Shown one piece after another: positions 1-36,931 of a stretch of 37,275 nt of DNA. Both the position numbers and the translations under genes were made by a program. The first letter of the stretch is position 1. Each line of letters opens with the position of its first letter. The DNA comes from Tubiluchus corallicola (Eukaryota; Animalia; Priapulida): positions 1 through 37,275 of the forward strand of contig JAQGDQ010001508.1 of NCBI GenBank assembly GCA_030141605.1, given 5' to 3'. Below the pieces are notes generated by a model, which saw only the letters and a program-made list of their open reading frames with translations, had not been told where the DNA came from and ran no database searches.

Positions 1-570
1 ACAGCAACCATCATGCCTGAAAATTTCTATACGGCTGTAGTATAAATTAAATTTATTTCTAGACAGACAGTTTTTTGCAAATTTTGTTGTTATATTTTCT
101 AAGTTCAAGTGATAACAATAAAATAACACAACATAATGAGTGACTTATTTCCTTTAATACTCAAATATACACGAGATTTCCTGAAATTTAAAAATAGTTA
201 CCCGTTTTTCCACAAACACACAATAACACCATCACAAGACACAGGCAATGTTTTACGAATATCAAAAGTAAAACCTTTGAAATTATGGTAAAGCACAAAA
301 AAACTACATGCTACGTTCAACTGTGAAAGAGTTGCTTAATATCATGCTTCCAAACTAAGAGATTTAAAATTCTAAAAATCCGTAATTTGAGCAAACAAAT
401 TTAGGTTTCATTAAATTCACTCTGTTTTAAACAACATTTCGGTTTGTCCAAACCGATACAAGTGGTGAATATTATGCATTACATAACCTGCTCTAGTACA
501 TTGGCAATGACAAATCATTGCCATCTGGGCTCGCCATTTCTATTGAGATATAAACTAGAGCTATTGAAAC

Positions 571-735
571 TAGTTAAAATCGCAATGTTTGTGCACACTT
601 TCGTATAAGGTTTCTCACTAGGCGAGGTAGGCAAAGGTAATACAAGAAATCTTAGCAGTTTTGCTGAAACTAGCAGTTAAAATCGCAATGGTTTTGCACA
701 CTTTCGTACAAGTCTCTCACTAGGCGAGGTAGGCA
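571..735. repeat. Local direct duplication (about 62-bp core, two copies about 100 bp apart)
   Basis: AGTTAAAATCGCAATG...TCTCACTAGGCGAGGTAGGCAA occurs at about 572-634 and about 675-735. Confidence 0.75.
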
Positions 736-887
736 ATCAGATTCTTAAGAATTGTGCTGGGAATTCGGTTCAAGTTACGAGATAATTCGGGTTACACGAT
801 GCTTCTCAAAGGGAAAATTCATTCAGCGAAATCTGTTCGAGAGATGCAAGAAATTCAACTTATACGTAGTTTATTGTATGTAGTAAA

Positions 888-1601
888 CTAGTCAAAGTCA
901 TCCTCGGTTAGTCTGTAAGCCCAGTGCTGCAGAACCTGTGCAATCACAGGACTAACCTTTCCCTCATCACCAACTGACACCTTTGCCTTCTTCATTCGAT
1001 TAATCAGTTGTCTTTTAAACCGGCCTTTGTCTCCGGCCAATTTAGACCATCGGCCAATCTGTCGCTCGTCATCGCTGCTCCGTCGTCCGAGATAAAAATG
1101 CGAATACCACTGCACCCAACCGTACGGATCTTGATCCACAATCCACTTCTTGGTTTCCCAGTCTTCTAAAGAGCTTCCACACTTGACTCCAAATTTGTTC
1201 ACGTCTACATCGTACACGTCTCTGCTGAGTAAGCTTTCTGGGATGCCTTGAAAAAGTTGTTGAAGTTCACCCTCCCTGTGCACATTCTTGAACTTGCGTT
1301 TACAAACTCCAGAATAGATTTCTCTCCAGTACGTACCGCCGAAGCTACCCGCTTCGAATATTTCTCTGGGCGTTAGGTTTGGACGAAATTGCGGATGATC
1401 GGAAAAGATTAAAGTTCCATTAGCGAGGCGTTCGATATGAGAGTCTACACTCTTTTCAACTTTCCTTCGCTGGGCCGCCTTTTCAGCCGATGACACAGCT
1501 TGCTTGCTGCTTTTGTTTGGTGCTGTACGGCTGGTGGAAGAAACACTGGACAATTTTCGTTTGCCACTTGAAGCTGTCAATGCAGCAGCTCTTCGTGGCA
1601 T
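888..1601 (-). CDS. Intronless conserved uncharacterised protein (about 237 aa from MPRRAA), Tlr6F/A121R-like core with a basic Ser/Lys-rich N-terminal extension
   Basis: Clean ORF with higher GC than the flanks. Conserved-looking motifs FRPNLTPREIF-GSFGGTYW, NKFGVKCGSSLEDWE-KKWI-QDPYGWVQWY-FYLGRRSSDDERQIGRW. First ATG at 1601 (the track's start at 1646 is TTG). Splice acceptor ttacag|GCG at 1657-1656, in frame, so an upstream exon is possible. Minus-strand AATAAA at 875-870, just after the TAG. Family name recalled, not searched. Confidence 0.8.
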   Translation of the reverse strand: MPRRAAALTASSGKRKLSSVSSTSRTAPNKSSKQAVSSAEKAAQRRKVEKSVDSHIERLANGTLIFSDHPQFRPNLTPREIFEAGSFGGTYWREIYSGVCKRKFKNVHREGELQQLFQGIPESLLSRDVYDVDVNKFGVKCGSSLEDWETKKWIVDQDPYGWVQWYSHFYLGRRSSDDERQIGRWSKLAGDKGRFKRQLINRMKKAKVSVGDEGKVSPVIAQVLQHWAYRLTEDDFD

Positions 1602-1784
1602 AATTAAAACTCCAAAAATGATTACCGCGTCTAAGCTGTTAGCCAAGTGGAGCGCCTGTAAGTAGAATATACCATGAAGTTATAATAGTAATTCATACTA
1701 ATCATCAATAACTGCTACGTTAACTAGTATCAAATTAGACAATACTACTGTATTTTCACTTTCTTAGGACGGTAGTTTCAAGCT

Positions 1785-2230
1785 CTGTGACTAACGATCT
1801 CTGGCCCATGCTTTAACTGTTCTGCTACAAGGTTATCTATGCCTGGGCTTTTCCATTCTTTAAAGACTTTATTGCCGTTAAAACCTCTTAGGGAACAAAA
1901 GGTGATTCCATTGCCATTGGTTTAATCTGAGGAATGTTTTCACATTATTTTTGTTGTAAGCCCTTTCAAAAAATGTAGTTATAATTTCTGATGCTTCTAG
2001 TTCATTAGCAGTAACCCCATCATCATCATATCCTGCCTTTTTGTTTACTTCTATTGATCTTCCACACTGCTTTATATATCCTACTAGAGTCATCTTTCCT
2101 GTTTTCAATTTCTGCAATAACTTTTAGTACTATAATAATTTTTCATCTTTAACTTAGCGGACCACATCTCTAAGTTCTCTTAGCTTCTGATTGTATAACT
2201 TTTGAAAATTCTGTCTAAGTTCAAAGGTAT
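1785..2230 (-). pseudogene. Degenerate non-LTR retrotransposon (LINE) ORF2 fragment from the region just upstream of the RT domain
   Basis: Minus-strand translation across one frameshift gives PFVP*EVLTAIKSLKNG/KSPGIDNLVAEQLKHGPE, the canonical pre-RT KSPGxD motif. The upstream frame has several stops. This explains track ORF 1878..2117. Confidence 0.8.
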
Positions 2231-2231
2231 T

Positions 2232-2683
2232 TGTGGAAGTTGTAACTGTATATTTTAGGTGCTGCCATCTATTGACTAATCACATTACATTTTACTAGCT
2301 AAACTCACCCATAGTACAATTGTTCGGTCCAGTGAATATGCATACTCACTGGATCTCCCCCTATTTTACTGTAATGGTATTTGCGAAGCCAAGTTTGCAT
2401 AATTACTTCTACCTATATATACTGGCTGGATTTCACTTCTAGTCACTCTCTGTCACGTTCTCAGTGCAGTGCAGTCGTGCTACTTATGTGACTCTCTGTC
2501 ACGTTCTCAGTGCAGTGCAGTCGTGCTACACACTGTCTAACTGACACTCTCAGTGCAGTGCAGCAGTCGTGATCCTCATTTTACTCATGTGTATTTAGTC
2601 TAATAAACGTTTTCAGTTTTGTGCAGATATGTTGTACAGTGCTTTATTCTTTTCTACAAAGTGTTCAACTACAACCTCATACA
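2232..2683 (+). mobile_element. Solo-LTR-like element, copy 1
   Basis: Begins TGTGGAAGTTGTA and ends TACAACCTCATACA (TG...CA, imperfect terminal inverted repeat). Internal TATA-like tract near 2414 and AATAAA near 2602. Homologous to 4711..5056. Has an internal 2.5x repeat at about 2444-2570. Confidence 0.6.
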
Positions 2684-3396
2684 TGACTTTCACAGTATTA
2701 AATATAAAAAGGTATGAAACCTGTAAATAGAGGTGGCTGATTTAGTTATGGTCATTCGCCACACTTTCGCCATATAATTAACCTTTCTTTCTAACACCAG
2801 GTAGGCTACTAACAAATACTCATATTCTCGTTTGTAAATTTGAGAATTTATTATTATGTCTCCCTTGTACTGTAAAACTTAAAGGAGATAAATAAACAAT
2901 CAATCATAAGACTTAAGTTCCGTGTATTTAACTGCATTATGCTTCAACCTAATTTCTTTCAGCTGCCAAAAATTCTAATTTTTCTAAAGCACGCCTAATA
3001 GCTCTTAGGAGCTAGTGTTTTTTCATGTTTATATAAAACAGGACTTTAAATACAGCTTGATTTAAATACAATTATTTGAATTACAGCAGCAGCTTGTTCA
3101 GCAATATGAGAAATCATAAATTTCGCCGGATTAGGATTGCGAAAGCTAATGCGTTCATTATTGACGACCATTGCTGTTTAACGTAGTTCCACTCTTTAAT
3201 AATTAACTATTAGCCTTACCAGATGGTGAGTGCCGCTGCCACATGGGGCGAATGTTAGCCATCTTTTTTCTTTTATTTTGCATTCTAATCAGCGTATCTT
3301 ATTAAGCAGATAATAAGATACACTGAGAATAGCTTATCTGGGAAACGTTCTACCTCCTTGCCAAAATACCTGTGAACATTTTATATTATAGTTGTA

Positions 3397-4141
3397 GGGC
3401 GCCGAGTAACCCACTAACCGAAGTAGGACACTTACGGCAAAACGCATGTGCTAAATTTGCAAAAAAGCAGTTGTACTTGGGCAGCCCAAGTAGGACACTA
3501 GCGATTTCTGTCGAGAATCGAGATTTATGACATACCAAAACATAAAAGTAAATTTGTTCAAGAAAAAAAGTAACTTTATAATAATGATGGATAGTCCTTG
3601 ACAATTTACAAATGTATTTTTTACAACAATATCATCATTATTATTAGCTCAATTAATATCATCATAACATTAAACTAAGTATCTAATGCTTTAAAGAGAG
3701 AAACTATGTAGGGTACATAACTCGCTAACCCGTTTACTTAGTAGAAAACAATTATTTGTCCAAGAGGGAGTGAAAGGGATCACCTGTCTGTGATGCAAGA
3801 CAAAATAAAAAAAGATATACCTTAAACAAATGTTGCAATCGCTTAAAAAGTGCGCTTATTTCACTTCAAAGAAGATTAAAATTGGCAAATATTAATTCTT
3901 CTATCTCAGAATAGTTTCATTTTATTTTATCAGGTGTATAATAAATCATTCAACGTATATTGACGTTTTTAATTATTATTATTTCATAAACAAGGACCGC
4001 GGACAGTGCCAGTACGCTTAACGACTCAATTCGCGACCTGTTTCTAGTTCCTGCTTGGGCAGCCCATGTACGACGCGTCCTACTTGGGCTGGCCCATGTA
4101 CGCCAATTGTCCTACTTCGGCTAATGGGTTACTCGGCGCCC
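3397..4141. mobile_element. MITE / non-autonomous TIR DNA transposon
   Basis: 34-bp TIRs: GGGCGCCGAGTAACCCACTAACCGAAGTAGGACA versus the reverse complement of TGTCCTACTTCGGCTAATGGGTTACTCGGCGCCC (2 mismatches). Subterminal TACTTGGGCAGCCCA motifs at both ends. The TIRs may extend several bp further out. Confidence 0.85.
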
Positions 4142-4710
4142 AACAATAGTACTTCTGCATGCAAGGCTATATAATTTGAGTTCTTGTAGTTTGTCTTTAT
4201 GTACTGCTGTTTAATCATCCAAATTATAAAAACTGTTTAGAGAGCTGTGACGTCTTGACATTCATAAATATTCATTTAATATGATAGTGAATGGACGGAA
4301 TAATCTGCCTGCCATGGTGATTAACGCACCAACCACAGTAACTTTAATCTATTATCATTTTTTGGAAAAATGTGGGGCTATATGTGTTCGTTTAACTCCT
4401 AAACATGACAGTATAACACATTTTCAGCTGTCTTCCAATATTCACCACTAGGCGGCGCTCTTACTTATTAGTCACACTGCTGTGGGACAGCTATTCTGAA
4501 CAGGGAACAAGGTTCTTGCAAGTAATGCCACCAGATTTTTCTTGTGGCATAATAATTGCTTTAGATCACTAACTCAAGATTATAGAAAGTATTCAAATAA
4601 TTTAAGTTACAATGTCACACACAAAAAACAATAGCCAGATCAGTGGGGCAGATGAAACCAATCGGTAAAGGGCATTGCATAATTTGCATTAGTTCCATAA
4701 CTAAGCACAC

Positions 4711-5056
4711 TGTGGAAGTTGTAATTGTACATTTTTAGGTGCTGCCATCTATGAACTAATCCTGTTACTCTACCAGCTACTTACCCCCAGTATAATTGTA
4801 CGGTCCAGTGAATGCATAATCACTGGATCTCTCCCTATTTTAAAGCAATGGTTTTTGTGAAGCCTGTCTGCATAAGTCACCTATACCTATATATATATAT
4901 TGACTGGTTTTACTTTCTAGTCACTCTCTAACTCTCAGTGTTCAGTGCAGCAGTCATTCTATTTATGTGTATGTAGTTTAATAAACACTTTTCTGTGCAA
5001 ATATGCAGTATAGTTTTTTATTCTTGTTCTACAAAGTGAGTGATCTACAACTTACA
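4711..5056 (+). mobile_element. Solo-LTR-like element, copy 2
   Basis: TGTGGAAGTTGTA...CTACAACTTACA. Colinear with 2232..2683 (shared TTTTAGGTGCTGCCATCTAT, CGGTCCAGTGAAT, CACTGGATCTC, TATA tract, AATAAA). Confidence 0.6.
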
Positions 5057-5060
5057 CGCA

Positions 5061-5097
5061 TGCACACACACACACACACGCACACACACACACACAC
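5061..5097. repeat. (CA)n microsatellite
   Basis: Read directly from the sequence. Confidence 0.9.
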
Positions 5098-5767
5098 TGT
5101 CACCACTGAATCATATTCCGTGCACCTCAGCATTGCAGTGATCCTAATGTAGCAACCTCTTACACCAAAAGCACCGAAACCAATTTAATAGTGAAGCCAA
5201 GTCGTTAAAAGTAAACGAAAAGACGTAGTTAAATTTTTATTATTATTTAATGACATTCATTGAGTTAACATGAAATTTATTGATGGAATTAACATAAATA
5301 TATACACAATATGGGTACAATTTGCACACGGGAAAATGACATTATTAGAAAAAAGATTTCACATTGGCAAGCCGGTGTCTAGTATTAATAAACCAATCAG
5401 CTATCCAAGTTGAAGCCAATCTACATTAAGTATATACATAGTAGTACTGTATGACAACTACCACATGTGTATAAAATGGTAACAAACAGAAAATGCAAGG
5501 GACCTACATAAAGGATATCTCATCCTTCAAACGGGACATTAACAACAACATATTTACATATTATTTAAAATTTTGCGTGCAAGAAGATTCAAACATTGCA
5601 GTCACAACAAAATATACACAATATGTGACAAAAGTGAACACAATTTTCAAATTATCATGCAAAGAAATTTATACATCACTTATTTAAAGAAAGACAGGTT
5701 GATTATACTACCCCATTTTCAAGTCCGATAAAAACTATACATTTTAACACAACTAATGCTGCAAAAG

Positions 5768-6723
5768 CATTTGTGATAATTAAATAATAGATTAAAAACT
5801 TAATTAACGGCAGGCGAGCCCAGCTATTGATGACATCACAAGCGAACATAATTTTCAGCAGCAAAAATATTCCACAATATTCCGAAAATGAAAATTAAAG
5901 TACAGTGCTACTGTAGCATATTCAGTGTGTTATACACAAAAACACGGCAAATTTTTAAGTTTAATATTGAAATTCTCAAGTTTAGTGCTGTGCTCACACA
6001 CGAGCTCTTGAATGTGTGCATTATATCACAAATGAACAACTCAGGCTGAACTCATAGGTACAAATACGCACACTTGAATTATAATGTGATCAAATTCATA
6101 CATCACTTACAAAAAAATTTGAACTGGTAACACAAGTTATACAACTAAGTAAAGACTATAGCAGCATTTCACAAAAGATAGATGATATCGTTAAACGAAA
6201 TCCAGTGCCAATTTTAAACCACAGCTCGAAACAATCTACACTGCAGAACAGTGGAAGGAGATGCACTACTTTTTCCAAGAATGTCTTACATGAAAGAATT
6301 ATTACCGTAGAAATGTAATTTCACCTTCGTGCGGCTAATTGTTCACTGTTACATACTACTTTTCATTATTAGCTAGTTAGACGGACAGTAGCGCCTGCAT
6401 CGCACAAAAAACAGATGGTTGTACCTACGAGTACAGAGGTGTTCAGTTGTGACGTAGTGCACACATTCGAGAACTCAAACTTGAAATTAGAAGTTTAAAC
6501 TTAAAATCTGCCGAGTTTTTGTTTGTCACACCGAACATTGTACAGTAGCACTGTACTTCAATTTTAGATTTTGCAAACACGTGCAACCTGCTCTTTGAAT
6601 GTTTGTGCTGGTGAAAGTTATGTTCAGTTGTGACAGTAGTGATGACAGTAGTGATGTCATCACTACTCGGGTGCATTTGCCATTCATTAAGTTTCTTAAG
6701 CTGTTATTTAATTACCAGAAATG
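5768..6723. repeat. Pair of diverged inverted repeats (about 5768-6042 and 6436-6723) with a spacer of about 400 bp
   Basis: For example AAGTACAGTGCTACTGTA versus TACAGTAGCACTGTACTT, and GAATGTGTGCA versus TGCACACATTC; colinear in reverse over about 280 bp. Confidence 0.75.
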
Positions 6724-7314
6724 TTTTAAAAGTCTTAAAAGTATACTTTTTACCGTACTTCAACATGGCGGTAATGCCATTACAACATGAAAAATCATAC
6801 CGTTTTCCTTTAATCAAATTAAGCTCACATGATTTGGTTATTAATCACTATTTCCATTTTGATGAACCTAATGCTGCTGCTGAACATGGCAACAGCTTAA
6901 CATATTAAACACATTACGAAACAAAACAAAACTTTCTCACAATAAACACAAGGTCATAACTAAAAAGATATTTATATCTCTGTAACTTTATAGGCCCACT
7001 GTTTGACTTCCACACCACATCATTGCTCTTCTTTTTCAAATTTTTATAGTTTTAATAATACACTTTATAAAATTGGAAACTCTGTATGTCACCTCTGTGA
7101 AGCCATTACATTCAAAGACCAGCAAAGGAGCATTATTGATTAACATAACATCAAAATTAACACTATCATTTCTGAGTTTTTGATAGTATTATTTACAAGA
7201 ACGAAAATGACCGTGCGAAAAGTTAAAGATTTTATGTTACAGCATGTGATAAGGGTAGAAATAAAATGAAATTACTAAGCATTAAATGGTCTGACAGAAT
7301 ATCCAATGATGATA

Positions 7315-7929
7315 CAGCAGGCACCGTTTATTAGACTCACAGTTAATACACTCAATCGCTTAATTGACTCAAAAACGTCTGGAATGGGCCACTTCTATTC
7401 AAATGCATATAAAAATTATCAGTAATTGACTCAAATAACTCCCCATAATTGATTTAATATTTTTACTTCACGCACTCAAAATAAGATACTTGTGTGTACC
7501 CAAACAGCTTTTACAGGTTTTGTGTCATCTTAACATCGATTTTGTGCACTATAATATACATAGAAACAGTCACGTTAGATACAGCTTTGTTTGTAAGTAT
7601 GTATGTTTATCACACATGCTAATATGTTAGCCTAGCAATTTTGCTATCTTTCATCCGGCTGTCTGCACAATTAACTTTGTTGTTTCTGGAAGCTAAACAT
7701 TTAATCTCTTGTCCAGCAGTTTGCTTTGAAGTTCCTCCTGCTTTCCACAATGCAATCACCAAGTGCAGCTTAAGCACTAGGTAACTAAGTGTTTTGCTTG
7801 AATACTTTTGAGTGATGACTCATACTTGTATAGTAGTAATACACTAAGCCCTTGGGCTAATTAAGTCTGTCGGTTAATTGGGTCAAAACAAGTCCATCCC
7901 AAAGAACATCTATTAAGCAGTGCCTACTG
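7315..7929. mobile_element. TA-flanked Tc1/mariner/pogo-type MITE inserted in the first unit of the 113-bp array
   Basis: TA at 7313-14 and 7930-31. TIRs CAGCAGGCACCGTTTATTAGA / reverse complement CAGTAGGCACTGCTTAATAGA (17 of 21 match). Removing it restores ...ATCCAATGATGA-TA-TGTATGACGTGG, the array unit. Confidence 0.85.
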
Positions 7930-7931
7930 TA

Positions 7932-9482
7932 TGTATGACGTGGTCAAGAAGAATCCTTGAAGTAAACATATACAAGTAAGAAGATTGCATTGGATGGGGC
8001 AGACACTAAGATTAAATGGTCTGACAGAATATCCAATGATGACCTGTATGATGTGGTCAAGAAGAATCCTTGGAGTAAACAAATACAAGTAAGAAGATTG
8101 CATTGGATTGGGCATGCACTAAGATTAAATGGTCTGACAGAATATCCAATGATGACCTGTATGATGTGGTCAAGAAGAATCCTTGGAGTAAACAAATACA
8201 AGTAAGAAGATTGCATTGGATTGGGCATGCACTAAGATTAAATGGTCTGACAGAATATCCAATGATGACCTGCATGATGTGGTCAAGATGAATCCTTGGA
8301 GTAAACAAATACAAGTAAGAAGATTGCATTGGATTGGGCATGCACTAAGATTAAATGGTCTGACAGAGTATCCAATGGTGATCTGTATGATGTGGTCAAG
8401 TAGAATCCTTGGAGTAAACAAATACAAGTAAGAAGATTGCATTAGATTGGGCATGCACTAAGATTAAATGGTCTGACAGAATATCCAATGATGACCTGTA
8501 TGATGTGGTCAAGTAGAATCCTTGGAGTAAACAAATACAAGTAAGAAGATTGCATTGGATTGGGCATGCACTAAGATTAAATGGTCTGACAGAGTATCCA
8601 ATGGTGATCTGTATGATGTGGTCAAGTAGAATCCTTGGAGTAAACAAATACAAGTAAGAAGATTGCATTGGATTGGGCATGCACTAAGATAAAATGGTCT
8701 GACAGAATATCCAATGATGATCTGTATGATGTGGTCAAGAAGAATCCTTGGAGTAAACAAATACAAGTAAGAAGATTGCATTAGATTGGGCATACACTAA
8801 GATTAAATGGTCTGACAGAATATCCAATGATGATCTGTATGATGTGGTCAAGAAGAATCCCTGAAGTAAACAAATACAAGTAAGAAGATTGCATTGGATT
8901 GGGCATGCACTAAGATTAAATGGCCTGACAGAATATCCAATGATGATTTGTATGATGTGGTCAAGAAGAATCCTTGAAGTAAACAAATACAAGTAAGAAG
9001 ATTGCATTGGATTGGGCATGCACTAAGATTAAATGGTCTGACAGAATATCCAATGATGACCTGTATGATGTGGTCAAGAAGAATCCTTGAAGTAAACAAA
9101 TACAAGTAAGAAGATTGCATTGGATTGGGCATGCACTAAGATTAAATGGTCTGACAGAATATCCAATGATGACCTGTATGATGTGGTCAAGTAGAATCCT
9201 TGAAGTAAACAAATACAAGTAAGAAGATTGCATTGGATTGGGCATACACTAAGATTAAATGGTCTGACAGAATATCCAATGATGACCTGTATGATGTGGT
9301 CAAGTAGAATCCTTGAAGTAAACAAATACAAATAAGAAGATTGCATTGGATTGAGCATGCACTAAGATTAAATGGTCTGACAGAATATCCAATGATGATC
9401 TGTATGATGTGGTCAAGTAGAATCCTTGAAGTAAACAAATACAAATAAGAAGATTGCATTGGATTGAGCATGCACTAAGATT
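7932..9482 (+). repeat. 113-bp tandem array (about 14 copies) derived from the C-terminal coding region of a non-LTR retrotransposon (RTE-like)
   Basis: Exact 113-bp period, seen in the staggered 94-aa ORFs. The plus strand encodes IKWSDRISNDDLYDVVKKNPWSKQIQVRRLHWIGHALRL, matching the W..risNeel...i..rRl.W.GH..R signature. A further partial copy plus downstream LPQESPLP...TKR*GG lies at 9529-9675. Confidence 0.9.
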
Positions 9483-9688
9483 ACCTCAAAGGTCTCCTCT
9501 TCCTATGATGATGATGATGATGATGATAATGTGGTCAAGAAGAATCATTGAAGTAAACAAATACAAGTAAGAAGACTGCATTGGACTGGGCATGCACTAA
9601 CATTACCTCAAGAGTCTCCTCTTCCTATATCATTACGTAAATCTCTTGAAACGACAAAAAGGTGAGAGGAGGTCAGCTACTGATGCAT

Positions 9689-10347
9689 ATGTGTGTTTGG
9701 AAACCAAAACCGTCCATAAGTCGGCATAGTTAAGACTACATTATGATAGTTAAAACTAAGTTATGCTGCTTCAAAGTAGAATGAACCAAAAATTTAGTCA
9801 AATGTTAATTTTTCACATCTTATAAAAACCAATGGTAAATATGTTGGACTTTTATATTCTAGCACCAAATTACAAGAAAAAAGAAAAGTTCATAAAAACA
9901 CTAAAAATCTTAAAAGTCCTTACCCACTTTTCTCTCTAGAAAGAAGTACTGCAATTGTAAGAAACTCCTATTTTCAAACCCGATGGTAGCTCCAGGAAGC
10001 AGTCATTTTACTTTTACTTCATTTTTTTTCTGTTGCCAAGACTAGATTTTTGTCAGGAACAGTCATCTGCTCTTGCAAAGTCCGTAGCAACCAACATTTA
10101 TACGGTTGCGAAGTGTTTTGTAGAAATGCGACCAATGACTAACTTTAACAGAGATTTTCTCAAGGTTATGCTTTTCAGTGCGCAGCCTGCACCTCAACTT
10201 CAATGTGGATTATCTCAGCTTAAAAATAACATAGAGCGATGAACTTGGTATCAAAATGATCCTCGTGAAATGGAGATTCAGGATACGTGAATCACTAGAC
10301 GAACTCAGTTGCCAACTTATGGACGATTTTGCTATGCAAGCACACGT
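9689..10347 (+). mobile_element. Dispersed non-autonomous element with short TIRs (family X); further partial copies at about 17454-17800, 20070-20331, 20446-20770 and 35176-35670
   Basis: Ends ATGTGTGTTTG / CAAGCACACGT. Blocks such as GCAGCCTGCACCTCAACTTCAA and GATGAACTTGGTATCAAAATGATCCTC are shared among the copies, in both orientations. Confidence 0.7.
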
Positions 10348-10632
10348 ATACTGCAAAAAGATTCATCAAATACAACTCTAGATTTGAGAGATGATGCAGC
10401 AGACAGTAATGTGTGGCATCAACAGGTGGGACGTGCCACATTTTAAAACGTAGAAGCACCTTGATGATATGGATGATTACAGCATGTAAATGCATATAAA
10501 CAGCATAATCTTTCTTAAGTATAAAATAATTGATTATCTTAAGAAAACTTTATAGCACTGTACATAGCTTTACGTAACCATAATACAAGAAAACCGTTCA
10601 ATAACTATGTACCAGCTTGAGGTAAGAGGTGA

Positions 10633-36326
<25,694 letters not shown>

Positions 36327-36381
36327 CTTAAGAAAAGAAAAAGTGTCAATAGCACCACATCGGGTAAGCTAAGAATATTAA

Positions 36382-36931
36382 AGGAAAGGTCAAGCTTTCT
36401 GGGAAGTCAGGGTTATTTCAATGTCTACGAAAAATGTTAGAAAGATTTAGTAATAAAAGTGCGATAAGAGCTTCGTGTAATAAGTAAAATCACTTTAAAA
36501 TCGCAATCGTTTTACGCTTGGGAGCTGCCATTTTGAAAACCTAGTCCTTCCACCAATGACGTCATTCGTCGGTTGAAGAAATGTTAGCGCACTGTCAATT
36601 TTTGTCAAACGTATAGTAAGTTTTTAAAAAAGCCTCGATAGTCAATAATGCGATATTTTTGCAAGAACATTAGGTAAGCAGCAGAAATTTGAGTTAGTTA
36701 GGCAACACTTGCTTACGAAAAGTCATAATGTCCACCAGTTACGTCACAATGTCCACCAGTTACGTCACAAATTTCAAGTGAACGGCGATACCGTGTTTCT
36801 TTCTACACAGCGGCGATAATATTTCACTTGATGCTTAAAGCGTTTTTTTGCAAATTTCTTTGTTATATTTTACTAAGTTTAAACGATAACAGTAAAATAA
36901 ACACAACGTGTTAAGTGACACGTCCTTTCCT
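36382..36931. mobile_element. TTAA-flanked MITE with AG...CT ends (Kolobok-like)
   Basis: TTAA at 36378-81 and 36932-35. TIR AGGAAAGG / CCTTTCCT. Internal 21-bp duplication near 36727-36770. Confidence 0.7.

Noticed and set aside
7924-9471. Family of 94-aa minus-strand ORFs as tandem small genes
   Set aside because: They are the antisense reading of a 113-bp repeat that shifts frame every unit; the meaningful translation is the plus-strand LINE motif.
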